Assembly (NCBI GenBank): GCA_963845195.1
Contig: CAWJRH010000004.1
Coordinates: 1,796,343 to 1,860,342, forward strand
DNA from: an uncultured delta proteobacterium
GTDB taxonomy: Bacteria; Myxococcota_A; Polyangia; Polyangiales; Houyiibacteriaceae
DNA length: 64,000 nucleotides
Direction of reading: 5' to 3'
Both the position numbers and the translations under genes were made by a program. Numbering within the stretch: the first letter of the stretch is position 1; each line of letters starts with the position of its first letter. Positions 1 through 9,555 of this stretch are shown in pieces. Below the pieces are notes generated by a model. The model worked only from the letters and a program-made list of their open reading frames with translations. It was not told where the DNA came from and made no database searches.

Positions 1-207
1 GCCTCCAAGAGTCGCGCCCACGGTCATCAGCGCGTAAACACCAAGCCAGTCGAGTTCGGCTCGCGCCGCAAGCACCACCGCGAACAACACCACCGTATCG
101 CCAGGGAACGGCGGGAATACGTACTCGACCGCTGAGGCAGCCGCCACCAGGGCGTAGGCCCAGTGCTGAGGTCCATGCTCGAGCGTGTGCAGAAATTCGT
201 CAAGCAA
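1..207 (-). CDS. DedA family membrane protein, 5' part only (runs off window start)
   Basis: Manual translation of minus strand from TTG at 207: MLDEFLHTLEHGPQHWAYALVAAASAVEYVFPPFPGDTVVLFAVVLAARAELDWLGVYALMTVGATLGG; E-x-x-F-P-P-F-P-G-D-T is DedA-typical. Not in the ORF track because it is truncated. Confidence 0.8.
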   Translation of the reverse strand, partial: MLDEFLHTLEHGPQHWAYALVAAASAVEYVFPPFPGDTVVLFAVVLAARAELDWLGVYALMTVGATLGG

Positions 208-307
208 AGGAGCGACCGCCTACGCTTGTGGTGACGAAGGTCTAGCACACTGCTCGGCTCGACATCAGGCAACGATGAGTCACCCTGGACAGGCGTAGGA
301 GATAATC

Positions 308-1126
308 TTGGCAAGCGGAGATCCGTTGGTGTCGATGTTGGAGCGGCCGAACGTTCACGTAGAAGACGTGGCCATACTGCTCGCGCGCGAAGCCAACCCG
401 ATGCTGGACGAGCACGCACTGCGCAGAGCTTTGGACGGACTCGGTGCCGAAGCACTTATTCGTCGTGGTCTTCACTCCACGGCGGATGTCGACGGACGCA
501 TCCTCGCCGACCTGCTGTTCGTCGAGTTCGGCTTCGAGGGCGATCGCGAAGACTACTACAACCCGCAGAACAGCTACCTCGACAAGGTGATGGTCCGTCG
601 CAAAGGCATTCCCATCTCGTTGTCCGTTCTCGCAATGGCGGTCGGCCAACGCGCCGGCATGGATGTCGTCGGCGTGGGGTTTCCCGGGCACTTCCTCGTA
701 CGCGTCGGTGGCCCCGGCGGCGTCTATCAAGACCCTTTCAACGAAGGTGCTCTTCTCGATGGCGCTGGGCTCCGAAGGCTCGCAGCGCAGCACCTCGGCG
801 CAGAGATGGCGATTCACCCGAGCTATCTCGAACCGGTGGATTGCCTGACGATTGCGATTCGCATGCTCGCGAACTTGAAGGCCGCTCACCGGCGCCAAGG
901 CGACTACGCGCGGGCGATGCTCGCATGCGACCACTTAGTAGAGCTCACGCAGGCTCCCGAACATCGACGCGATCGCGGGCTTCTCGCTCATACGCTTCGC
1001 ACCTACGGCGCCGCCACCGAAGACCTCGCGGCGTATCTCGAAGCACGTCCCAACGCCAAAGACGCCGCAGCGATTAGCGTCGCGCTCAAGGAAGCCCGCG
1101 AGCAGGCAAATACCGTCCTTCACTGA
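308..1126 (+). CDS. SirB1 family protein (transglutaminase-like domain + TPR)
   Basis: GDREDYYNPQNSYLDKVMVRRKGIPISL, GVGFPGHFLV, C-terminal TPR with RDRGLL; GGAG upstream of TTG start. Confidence 0.88.
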   Translation: MASGDPLVSMLERPNVHVEDVAILLAREANPMLDEHALRRALDGLGAEALIRRGLHSTADVDGRILADLLFVEFGFEGDREDYYNPQNSYLDKVMVRRKGIPISLSVLAMAVGQRAGMDVVGVGFPGHFLVRVGGPGGVYQDPFNEGALLDGAGLRRLAAQHLGAEMAIHPSYLEPVDCLTIAIRMLANLKAAHRRQGDYARAMLACDHLVELTQAPEHRRDRGLLAHTLRTYGAATEDLAAYLEARPNAKDAAAISVALKEAREQANTVLH

Positions 1127-1191
1127 ATCTCCGAAGAGCGGCGCCTTTACAGACGGCCCGAGCGTGCCAAGACTCCGGCGCGGCGTGAGCG

Positions 1192-2280
1192 ATGACCGTC
1201 AAGCCCCTGAAAACTCTGTTCCGCACCGAGCTCGAGGAGCTGTCGGCCTACCGGGTGCCGGCGGAACCCCCGGCGGTGAAGCTGGATGCCAACGAGAGTC
1301 CGTGGCCGCTTTCTGGCGATGCCAAGGAGCAGATTCTACGTGCGATCGGTGGGATTGCGATGAACCGCTATCCCGATGGACGGGCAACCCTTCTGCGGGA
1401 GGCGCTGAGTGCACGTCTGGGAGGGCAGCCCGAACAGTACCTAGTGGGTGCCGGCTCCGACGAGGTGATCGCCCTACTTGCCACCGCCCTCTCGCGCCCA
1501 CGTCCGGGTCGCGACCGCCCGACGGTGCTCTTCCCTACCCCGACGTTCGTGATGTACGGGGTGACGAACCGCGGGCATGGCTGGAGTCCGATCGGCGTGC
1601 CTCTCGATGCGGATTGGGACCTCGACGTCGATACGATGAGCGTGGCTCTCGAACGCGAGGCGCCCAACGTCGCGTACTACGCCACCCCGAACAATCCCAC
1701 GGGCAACCAGTTCACTCGAACCCGTCTTGAAGCGATCGTCGACGCGTTTCCCGACACGCTGCACGTCATCGATGAGGCGTACGTCGCATTCGCGCCCTCT
1801 TCGCTATCTGATTGGTGTGCTTCGCGCCCGCATTGCGCACTGCTCGGGACACTATCGAAGGTCGGCTTCGCCGCGATTCGACTCGGCTGGGTCCGAATGC
1901 ACCAAGAGCTCACTGAGGAGCTCGACAAGGTGCGGCAACCGTTCAACGTGAACGGGCTCTCCCAGGCGGTCGCGACGCTCGCTCTCACGGAACTCGCCCC
2001 TGCCCTGCACGCGCAGGCGGCCGCGATCGTTCGTGAGCGCGCGGCGCTCGCCGCATCAATCGACGCCTTGCCCGCGCTCCGCTCCTTCCCGAGCGCGGCC
2101 AACTTCCTGCTCGTCGAGAGCCAAGTCGATGCCGTCGGGCTATGCGAATCGCTTCTTCAACATGGAGTCGCCGTAAGACGTTTCGCAAGCGAGCCTCGGC
2201 TTTCATCCTGTATACGAATTACCATCGGAACTCCGGAGGAAAATCAGCACCTGCTCGGTGCACTCGAGCAAATCCTATGA
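1192..2280 (+). CDS. hisC: Histidinol-phosphate aminotransferase
   Basis: KLDANESP, NRYPD, PNNPTG, DEAY, GTLSK (PLP lysine), IRITIGTPEEN. Confidence 0.9.
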   Translation: MTVKPLKTLFRTELEELSAYRVPAEPPAVKLDANESPWPLSGDAKEQILRAIGGIAMNRYPDGRATLLREALSARLGGQPEQYLVGAGSDEVIALLATALSRPRPGRDRPTVLFPTPTFVMYGVTNRGHGWSPIGVPLDADWDLDVDTMSVALEREAPNVAYYATPNNPTGNQFTRTRLEAIVDAFPDTLHVIDEAYVAFAPSSLSDWCASRPHCALLGTLSKVGFAAIRLGWVRMHQELTEELDKVRQPFNVNGLSQAVATLALTELAPALHAQAAAIVRERAALAASIDALPALRSFPSAANFLLVESQVDAVGLCESLLQHGVAVRRFASEPRLSSCIRITIGTPEENQHLLGALEQIL

Positions 2281-3206
2281 CCCACGAAGCCACTTCAATA
2301 GACACGCACCGTGCGTTGACGGCTCTTGCGTGGGCCGCAGACGTCGCAGACGCACCCGAGTTGCTGGACGCACTGCCCGAACGCCCTACTCCGGCGGAGT
2401 GGCGCGCCCTGAGCATCGACGAACTGCGCCCTCATCTCGACCGCCTACTCCTGGGGAAGCACCCGGAACCGGGCCTCGACGCCCTCGAAGCGGTGGGATG
2501 CCTCGACCCATGGATGCCCGAGGTGGCCGCGATGGTCGGATTCGGTGACAACGAGTGGCGTCACAAGGACGTCTGGAAGCATACCAAGCAGGTGGTCAAG
2601 CAGTCGGTCCCGCGGCTTGAAGTCCGCTGGGGCGCTCTGCTCCACGACATCGGCAAGCCGAAGACCCGCCGCATCGACGAGCGAGGGAACGTGACGTTCC
2701 ACGGGCACAGCGAGGTGGGCGCTGCAATGTTCCGCAAGCGTGTTGGCGATCGCCTCGGCTTCGAGGCCGACCTGTGGGAACGGATCCACTTCTTGATCCT
2801 GCACCACCTGCGCGCGAGCCAATACGACGAGTCGTGGACTGACGCCGCCGTACGCCGCTTCTACCGACAGATGGGGGACGGGCTTCGCGACCTCCTCGAT
2901 CTGAGTCGTGCCGACATCACCACCAAGCGACCCGAGAAGCGGCGGCGCGGAGTTCATCAGATCAGTCTCCTTGCAAAGCGCATCCGAGATTTGAAAGAGC
3001 AGGACGAGAAGGTCCCGGCGCTGCCGAAAGGACTCGGAAGCGAGATCATCGCGGCGTTTGACATCCCTCCGTCCAAGCAGCTCGGCGACCTGATGCACCG
3101 GCTTCGCGCCGCGGTCGACGCCGGTGAGCTCGAGGCCCAGCAACCGCTGAGCTACTATCTCGAACACCTCGCCGCGAACCGCGCCGACTACGGTCTGCCC
3201 GACTGA
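2277..3206 (+). CDS. HD-domain protein resembling the C-terminal body/HD/tail of CCA-adding enzymes, without the nucleotidyltransferase head
   Basis: HKDVWKHT...ALLHDIGKPKT...FHGHSEVGA...HHLR...WTDAAVRR...ADIT; ATG at 2277 overlaps the hisC stop (ATGA), so the ORF-track start at 2142 is an over-extension. Confidence 0.8.
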   Translation: MTHEATSIDTHRALTALAWAADVADAPELLDALPERPTPAEWRALSIDELRPHLDRLLLGKHPEPGLDALEAVGCLDPWMPEVAAMVGFGDNEWRHKDVWKHTKQVVKQSVPRLEVRWGALLHDIGKPKTRRIDERGNVTFHGHSEVGAAMFRKRVGDRLGFEADLWERIHFLILHHLRASQYDESWTDAAVRRFYRQMGDGLRDLLDLSRADITTKRPEKRRRGVHQISLLAKRIRDLKEQDEKVPALPKGLGSEIIAAFDIPPSKQLGDLMHRLRAAVDAGELEAQQPLSYYLEHLAANRADYGLPD

Positions 3207-3240
3207 GTCGTCGCCTACGAGAAGCGATCGGCGCGGCTTG

Positions 3241-3256
3241 GGTGAGCTAGCTCACC
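3241..3256. promoter_or_regulatory. Perfect 16-bp palindrome GGTGAGCTAGCTCACC, candidate operator or hairpin
   Basis: Directly visible; lies between the HD gene stop and the promoter-like sequence of the DUF1592 operon. Confidence 0.45.
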
Positions 3257-3296
3257 AGGAGGGCAAGTAACGCCTTCAGGGTGTTAGAGAAAGGGT

Positions 3297-3323
3297 TTGA
3301 CTACACCCTAAAGGCTATAAGAT
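3297..3323 (+). promoter_or_regulatory. Candidate sigma70-type promoter
   Basis: TTGACT (3297-3302) and TAAGAT (3318-3323) in an AT-rich patch; the 15-nt spacer is short, so uncertain. Confidence 0.4.
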
Positions 3324-3331
3324 TAGGCCTT

Positions 3332-4978
3332 ATGGCCCTGTCTCGTCCTGCCCTCATGCTCGTCCTCGCGACGACGATCGGATGCAACGGAATCATCGGC
3401 GGAGCCGACGGCACCAATGGCGGAGGTCCGTTTGGCGGCCCCGGGGGCGGCGGACCCAACGTGGCGGGCGCCGTCGCTCCCAACGTGATGCATCGCCTGA
3501 ACCGTGAGGAGTACAGCAACACGGTCCGCGACCTTCTACAGACCAACCTCGATCCTGCCGCCGACTTCCCCGCCGACGACGTCAGCCTCGGGTTCGACAA
3601 CATCGCGCAAGTCCTGAGTGTCTCCCCCCTGCAGTTCGAGCTCTACGAGCAGGCTGCCGAAGCGCTGGCTCAAGAGGTGGTCTCGGGCCCCGCGCGAGGC
3701 GCGGTCGTGTTCTGCGACGCGGAAGAGTCCGCCTGCCGCGACGAGGTTCTACGCACGCTTGCGCGACGCGCGTGGCGCCGGCCGGTCACAGACGCGGAGG
3801 TGGCGCGACTCCAACAGCTCGTCGACGTCGCGCTCGCCGAAGGTGAGTCGGTGGACCGGGGACTCAACCTCGCGATCCGCGGCGTTCTCCTGTCGCCCCA
3901 TTTCGTTTACCGCCCTGAGCTCGACGATGCCTCGAGCGCGTCCACACCAAGACTCTTGAACGACTACGAGCTTGCCTCGCGACTCTCGTACTTTCTGTGG
4001 AGCAGCATGCCCGACGAGGCCCTATTCGAGGCGGCCGCAGCGGGACGTCTGCGCGACGACGGTGGAATTGCAGCCGAAGTGGACCGCATGCTAGCCGACC
4101 CCAAAGCAGACGCCCTGCTGGACAACTTCGCCGGTCAGTGGCTGCGAATTCGTTCGCTCGACGACCACTCCCCGGACTACGCGACCTTCCCGACTTGGAA
4201 CGACGGCCTTCGGAACGCGATGCGCGAAGAAGCCCGACTCTTCTTCCGTGAGTTCCTCCGTGGGGACATGCCGATGGATGAGCTGCTCGTGGCGGACTTC
4301 ACGTACGTCAACGACGCGCTTGCCGCGCACTACGGCCTCGACGTGGCGGTGGGCCCGGAACTCGAACGTGTCGCTCTCGGCCCGATGGATACCCGATTCG
4401 GGCTTCTTACCCTGGGCTCTCTGCTGACCGTGACATCGACTCCGACTCGTACGTCACCGGTGAAACGGGGGGTCTGGATTCTCGAGCAGCTCCTTTGCTC
4501 GGAGCCCGAGCCGCCGCCCCCCGGGGTCGAGGGATTCCCTGAGGACGACATGACCACCCAATCGCTTCGCGAACAGCTCGAAGCCCATCGGGCCAATCCG
4601 ACCTGCGCGTCCTGCCACAACGTGATGGATCCGCTGGGCCTTGGCCTGGAGGCGTACGACGCGATCGGGACGTTCCGCACCGAGGATCGCGGTTTCCCGA
4701 TCGACGCCAGCAGCGAGCTGGTCACGGGCGAGGCGTTTGACGACGCGCGCGGGATGGCGGACCTGGTCCAGTCGGACCCCAGGTTCGGACACTGCGTCGC
4801 CGAGCAGCTCTTCACCTACGCGCTTGGGCGACCGGCAGGCAGCGACGAAGGGCCTTTCCTCGATGAGATCACCGAGCGGTTCAACGCTGCTGGAGCGTCG
4901 TTCCCCGAGCTCATCAAGCTCATCGCGACCAGCGAACCGTTCCGCAGCCGTCGCGGCATCATGGAGGCATCACAGTGA
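3332..4978 (+). CDS. DUF1592/DUF1588/DUF1587/DUF1595/DUF1585-type lipoprotein with a CxxCH motif
   Basis: Lipobox TIG-C; HRLNREEYSNTVRDLL, LASRLSYFLWSSMPD, NFAGQWL, RTSPVKRGVWILEQLLC, CASCH. Start placed at ATG 3332 (MALSRP). Confidence 0.9.
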   Translation: MALSRPALMLVLATTIGCNGIIGGADGTNGGGPFGGPGGGGPNVAGAVAPNVMHRLNREEYSNTVRDLLQTNLDPAADFPADDVSLGFDNIAQVLSVSPLQFELYEQAAEALAQEVVSGPARGAVVFCDAEESACRDEVLRTLARRAWRRPVTDAEVARLQQLVDVALAEGESVDRGLNLAIRGVLLSPHFVYRPELDDASSASTPRLLNDYELASRLSYFLWSSMPDEALFEAAAAGRLRDDGGIAAEVDRMLADPKADALLDNFAGQWLRIRSLDDHSPDYATFPTWNDGLRNAMREEARLFFREFLRGDMPMDELLVADFTYVNDALAAHYGLDVAVGPELERVALGPMDTRFGLLTLGSLLTVTSTPTRTSPVKRGVWILEQLLCSEPEPPPPGVEGFPEDDMTTQSLREQLEAHRANPTCASCHNVMDPLGLGLEAYDAIGTFRTEDRGFPIDASSELVTGEAFDDARGMADLVQSDPRFGHCVAEQLFTYALGRPAGSDEGPFLDEITERFNAAGASFPELIKLIATSEPFRSRRGIMEASQ

Positions 4979-6297
4979 AGGGTTCCAAGTTCTCTAGGCG
5001 CGCGATGCTCGGCGGCGCGGGCGCAGTATTGACGCTGCCGGTATTCGAATCGCTCGTCGGCCCAGTTGCGCATGCCGACGATTCGTTCCCGGCCAGGCTC
5101 ATCTGCTACTACGTTCCCAACGGCATTCACATGCCCGCTTGGACACCGAACGAGACGGGCGCGAACTACCAGCTGCCACCGATTCTCGAACCACTCTCGC
5201 CGGTTAAAAGCCAGGTCCTCGTGCTGAGCGGCCTTGCGAACGAGCCAGCGAATCCCGACGGCCCCGGCGACCATGCGGGCGGCACCTCTGGATTTCTCAC
5301 GTCGGCGCATGCGAACAAGAGCGAAACCGACATCCGTCTCGGCATCTCGATGGACCAGGTGATTGCGCAAGAAATCTCGAGCGCAACACGCATCGCTTCG
5401 ATGCAACTCGGCATCGACGGGGGCGGCAACACGGGCGGATGTGATTCGGGGTACAGCTGCGCCTACGCGCGCAACATCTCATGGGCGTCGGAGACCCAGC
5501 CGCTCTCGAAGGCAACCAATCCGAGCGTGGTCTTCAACCAGATTTTCGAGGGAACCGACCCCAACGCGAGCCTCGAGGAGCAGGCGCGACGAAAGCTCTA
5601 CCGAACGAGTGTGCTCGACTACGTCAACGAACAGCGACAGTCCCTCGAGAGAAGCTTGAGCTACGGCGACAAGCAGAAGCTCGACCAGTATGCGACGGGA
5701 ATCTTCGAACTCGAGCAGCGGCTCGCCAAGGCGAGTTTGGTCTGCGGGGCCACCGACGATCCGGGCAATCCGAACGATATCGTCGAGAAGGTGAAGATCA
5801 TGAACGACCTCATGGTTCTCGCACTGCAGTGCGACGCCACTCGGGTCATCACCTTCATGCTCGGCAACGCGGGTAGCAACCGTAGCTACCCGTTCCTCGG
5901 CGCAAGCGGCGGGCACCACAACTACTCTCACCACCAAGGTAACGCGTCCAACCACGCCGCGCTTCAGGCAATCGACACCTGGGAGATCGAGCAGCTCTCA
6001 TACCTGTTGCAACGCATGAACGAGATCCCCGAAGGCAGCGGAACGATGCTTCAGCATTCGCAGGTCTTCTTCTCGAGCGAGATCGAGGACGGCGATGCAC
6101 ACCGACACCGCAACCTGCCGGTGATTCTCGCTGGCGAGTGCCACGGTGCGTATACGACTGGGCGGCACGTCGACTACGAGCCAAACAAGAACGCGAACGG
6201 CCCGCCGATCGCGAACTTGTTCTTGAGCATGATGTCTGCGATGGGCGTCGAGAGAAACCGGTTCGGCGACAGCACCGGCAGACTCGGTCAGCTCTAG
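4975..6297 (+). CDS. DUF1552 domain protein with Tat signal
   Basis: SRRAMLGGAG twin-arginine signal, YYVPNG, ISMDQVIA, CDSGYSCAY, LALQCDATRVITFM, HRHRNLPVILAG; GTGA overlap with the DUF1592 gene. Confidence 0.9.
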   Translation: MKGSKFSRRAMLGGAGAVLTLPVFESLVGPVAHADDSFPARLICYYVPNGIHMPAWTPNETGANYQLPPILEPLSPVKSQVLVLSGLANEPANPDGPGDHAGGTSGFLTSAHANKSETDIRLGISMDQVIAQEISSATRIASMQLGIDGGGNTGGCDSGYSCAYARNISWASETQPLSKATNPSVVFNQIFEGTDPNASLEEQARRKLYRTSVLDYVNEQRQSLERSLSYGDKQKLDQYATGIFELEQRLAKASLVCGATDDPGNPNDIVEKVKIMNDLMVLALQCDATRVITFMLGNAGSNRSYPFLGASGGHHNYSHHQGNASNHAALQAIDTWEIEQLSYLLQRMNEIPEGSGTMLQHSQVFFSSEIEDGDAHRHRNLPVILAGECHGAYTTGRHVDYEPNKNANGPPIANLFLSMMSAMGVERNRFGDSTGRLGQL

Positions 6298-6370
6298 CAG
6301 GTCGTTCGAGCGGTTCAGCTACACGCTAACGCGTGGAGAGACCGCGAGACGATTTGCTCCCTTGCCAAAG

Positions 6371-6763
6371 TCAGCGTCGGTAACAGATTTGAACGAGCCC
6401 GCCGCCGAATCGGGATTGGAGGCGCAGCTGGACTTTCTCAGGCCCAGGTGTGTGGCGATTCAGGTCCACACCGAAACGGGCCAGTTTGTCGACTCGTCGC
6501 ACCAAGTCTCGGATGTCACGGGAGATCGTAAAGCGCCGAGACGCAGGGTTTGCGAACGCCGCGCGGAGCACATACGGATTGCTGACGCCGAGCACCGTGG
6601 CAGGAACGACGAAGGAGGTGGTCTTCACCGCAGCGACCGGCGCGTCCGCCTCGACGCGGCTCGGCGCGATGAGCAGGCCCATGAGCGCCATCAAGCAGCA
6701 GCACAGACCCACCTTGGCGCATGCTCGTTCCAACCCCTGCTTCAACCTCAACCTCACAGTCAA
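6371..6763 (-). CDS. Hypothetical small secreted protein
   Basis: 130-aa ORF with hydrophobic signal ending VEA-D; no recognisable family; start uncertain (TTG 6763 or a downstream codon). Confidence 0.55.
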   Translation of the reverse strand: MTVRLRLKQGLERACAKVGLCCCLMALMGLLIAPSRVEADAPVAAVKTTSFVVPATVLGVSNPYVLRAAFANPASRRFTISRDIRDLVRRVDKLARFGVDLNRHTPGPEKVQLRLQSRFGGGLVQICYRR

Positions 6764-6770
6764 CTCGTTC

Positions 6771-6799
6771 AGTATGCCGAAAACAATGTTCTTAGTCTA
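6771..6799 (-). promoter_or_regulatory. Candidate sigma70-type promoter of the small secreted protein gene
   Basis: Minus strand TAGACT-N17-CATACT (6799-6794, 6776-6771). Confidence 0.4.
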
Positions 6800-6980
6800 G
6801 AGGGGTGAACCCCGGGCACCCTTCTGCCCTGACAGTGGGACGAAGCTACCTTGTTTCCCGGCCGCTGAAAAGGCAGCTGCCGCAGAAGTTGCCCTCTGGT
6901 CACGAGGCGCTCTTGCCTGAGCATTCAGTCCCGGTCTAGACCCCGGGCAAGCGAAAGCCCGACCGAGGCCGGGCCTGAAG
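6796..6980. ncRNA. Candidate structured non-coding RNA or element, family not recognised
   Basis: Stems visible by eye: 6814-6827 with 6882-6894, 6833-6838 with 6862-6867, 6842-6846 with 6853-6857, GGCAGCTGCC 6872-6881, GGTCTAGACC 6933-6942, GC-GAAA-GC 6951-6958. Confidence 0.3.
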
Positions 6981-7005
6981 CTAAGTCTATGAAATAACTC
7001 GTTCG

Positions 7006-8220
7006 CTAGTCGCGCCTGGATTCGCCGCGTCGCAGATACGCGGGAATGTCCAGGACGGCTTCGTCATGAAGCGCTGAGGCGCCAAACGCTCGGGTTCCTG
7101 CGGTCTGGGGCACGGTCGCCGGAACTCCGTCCACCGTCGTGCTCAGATCCTCGGCCCTGGGCGCCGCGGCGCGGATCGCCCGCGCGGATGAAGCCGTCTG
7201 CGACCCGTAGCCATAGGCGGGCTGATGCATTCCGAGCGGAATCGGCGCATGTGACACCTCATCGAAGCCGGTGGCGATGACCGTGACCTTCACGGTGTCG
7301 GTGAGCTCGGTGTCGGTGACGACGCCGAAGATGATCTCGGCGTCTTCATGAGCCGCCTGCTGCACCAGCCCAGCCGCCTCGTTGATCTCGCGGAGCCTGA
7401 TGTCCGGGCCCGCGGTGAAGTTGATGAGGATACCCGTGGCGCCGTGCACGGAGATCTCGTCGAGAAGAGGCGAGTTGATCGCCATCTCCGCAGCTTCGAG
7501 CGCGCGTCGGTCACCCTTGGCGATACCGGTTCCCATGAGGGCGCGGCCGTTGCTGCTCATGATCGTCTTCACATCCGCGAAGTCGACGTTGATCATGCCG
7601 GCGTTGATGATGAGGTCGCTGATGCCTTGAACTGCCTGGAGCAGGACGTCGTCCGCTTTGCCGAAAGCGTCGAGCATGGTGATGTCGTCGTCGCCCAGTG
7701 CGAGCAGACGCTGATTCGGAATCGTGATGATGCTGTCGATCGAATCGATGAGCTCGGTGATACCGCGCTCGGCGTTCTTCGAGCGCTTGCGGCCCTCGAA
7801 CAAGAAGGGCTTGGTGACCACCCCGACCGTCAGTGCGCCGAGGTCTTTAGCGACCTGCGAGATGATGGGGCCCGCACCGGTACCGGTGCCGCCTCCCATT
7901 CCCGCGGTGATGAACACCATATCGGCGCCCTCGAGCACCTCAGAGATCCGCTGCACGTCTTCGAGCGCAGCCTTGCGGCCCACGTCCGGACTGCCTCCGG
8001 CACCGAGCCCGCGCGTGAGCTGAGGCCCTAGCTGGATCTTCACCGGCGCCAGGCTGCGGTCGAGCGCCTGTGCGTCCGTGTTCGCGGCGATGAATTCGAC
8101 ACCGTCGAGTCCCTCGCGAATCATCGTGTTTAGTGCGTTGCCGCCGCTTCCGCCGACTCCAACGACTTTGATTCGTGCCTGGAGCTCGGCGTCATCCGCG
8201 AACTCGATCGAGATAGCCAT
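7006..8220 (-). CDS. ftsZ: Cell division protein FtsZ
   Basis: [22 protein letters not shown] tubulin signature, INVDFADV, C-terminal LDIPAYLRR; start ATG 8220. Confidence 0.98.
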   Translation of the reverse strand: MAISIEFADDAELQARIKVVGVGGSGGNALNTMIREGLDGVEFIAANTDAQALDRSLAPVKIQLGPQLTRGLGAGGSPDVGRKAALEDVQRISEVLEGADMVFITAGMGGGTGTGAGPIISQVAKDLGALTVGVVTKPFLFEGRKRSKNAERGITELIDSIDSIITIPNQRLLALGDDDITMLDAFGKADDVLLQAVQGISDLIINAGMINVDFADVKTIMSSNGRALMGTGIAKGDRRALEAAEMAINSPLLDEISVHGATGILINFTAGPDIRLREINEAAGLVQQAAHEDAEIIFGVVTDTELTDTVKVTVIATGFDEVSHAPIPLGMHQPAYGYGSQTASSARAIRAAAPRAEDLSTTVDGVPATVPQTAGTRAFGASALHDEAVLDIPAYLRRGESRRD

Positions 8221-8230
8221 CGATTCCTCC

Positions 8231-9460
8231 TCAGAAAACTTCTTTGAACCACGCGCCGATCTTTCGGCCGAAACTGCTTCTGACAGCAACGTCGACCGTT
8301 CGCTCAGGCGTAGTCGTACCCATTAGTTGTTCCGCACCATGCTTCACCAGTCCCACGCCCGTGGCGTAGGACGGGCTCTTCACGACATCGATGAGTCCAC
8401 CGATGCCTGTCGGCGCCCCGCGCCGGACCGGTAGTCCAAGAACTTCTTCTGCAAGCTCGGGTAGTCCATCCAAGATAGTCGTGCCGCCGGTCACGATGGC
8501 ACCCGACGCAAGCATGTCGGTGTAACCAGTCTCGGCGATCACGTGGCGGCATGCGGCGAAGATTTCTTCGACACGCGGCTCGATGATGTCGCACAGTACG
8601 CGTCGAGGAAGCGACCTCGGCGGGCGACCACCGACAGATGGAACTTCGATGGTTTCGTCGTCATCGACCATGCGAGAGAGCGCGCATCCGTACTTGATCT
8701 TGATGCGTTCGGCTTCCGCCATCGGCGTCCGCAGCCCGGTAGCGACGTCGCTCGTGAGATTGAGACCGCCGATGGGAATCGAGCTGGTGTGTACGACCGC
8801 ACCGTCGACGTAGATGATGATGTCCGACGTTCCGCCGCCAATGTCGATCAGGACTCCGCCGATCTCTCGCTCGTCACCGCTGAGAACCGCATGCGCGCTC
8901 GCAAGCGGTTGCAGCACGACTTCCTCGACGAACAGCCCGCAACGTTCTGCACACTTGGTGACGTTGGCGACGCTGGTCGATGCGGCGGTGACCATGTGGA
9001 CGCGCGCTTCGAGCCGAACCCCCGCCATCCCGATCGGCTCCTTGATGCCGTCTTGCTCGTCGACGATGTACTCCTGCGGAAGAACGTGGAGTACCTGCCG
9101 ATCGCCGGGGAGTGGAATCGCCTTGGCCTGCTCGAGCACCCGCAAGACATCCTCGGCGGCAACCTCACGGTTCGCGATAGCCGCGACGCCGTCCTGATTC
9201 ATCCCGCGTACGTGGCTTCCTGCGATCCCTGCGTAGACGGAGTTAATCTCGACGCCCGCCATGGTCTCGGCCTGCTCGACCGCCGCGCGGATCGCTTGCA
9301 CCGTCGACTCGATGTTGACGACGACGCCTTTCTTCAAACCCTTCGAAGGAACGGAGCCTATCCCGATGATGTCTAGACCTTCTTCGGTCTGCTCGGCGAC
9401 TATGGCGCAGACCTTCGTCGAACCCAGATCCAACCCCGCAATTATCTCGTTGTCCGCCAT
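8231..9460 (-). CDS. ftsA: Cell division protein FtsA
   Basis: [41 protein letters not shown]; start ATG 9460. Confidence 0.97.
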   Translation of the reverse strand: MADNEIIAGLDLGSTKVCAIVAEQTEEGLDIIGIGSVPSKGLKKGVVVNIESTVQAIRAAVEQAETMAGVEINSVYAGIAGSHVRGMNQDGVAAIANREVAAEDVLRVLEQAKAIPLPGDRQVLHVLPQEYIVDEQDGIKEPIGMAGVRLEARVHMVTAASTSVANVTKCAERCGLFVEEVVLQPLASAHAVLSGDEREIGGVLIDIGGGTSDIIIYVDGAVVHTSSIPIGGLNLTSDVATGLRTPMAEAERIKIKYGCALSRMVDDDETIEVPSVGGRPPRSLPRRVLCDIIEPRVEEIFAACRHVIAETGYTDMLASGAIVTGGTTILDGLPELAEEVLGLPVRRGAPTGIGGLIDVVKSPSYATGVGLVKHGAEQLMGTTTPERTVDVAVRSSFGRKIGAWFKEVF

Positions 9461-9518
9461 CCCTCGCCTCTCCCTGTCCCATACACAACCGCGATTTGGC
9501 GGCACAAGTTTCGTGCAG

Positions 9519-9555
9519 AAAAAAAAGGGATAAAACGCGCTTTCGAGAGCCGCGC
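9519..9555 (-). terminator. Weak candidate intrinsic terminator between ftsQ and ftsA
   Basis: Minus strand bulged hairpin CGCG-GCT...AGC-GCG followed by TTTTATCCC and an 8-T run. Confidence 0.25.

Noticed and set aside
27-934. Minus-strand ORFs 27-455 and 242-934
   Set aside because: They overlap the DedA frame and the SirB1 gene and have no protein-like features.
6826-6885. Hammerhead ribozyme in the three-way junction
   Set aside because: Has CTGA and GAAA, but CUGAnGA reads CTGACAG and there is no UH cleavage site after the third stem.
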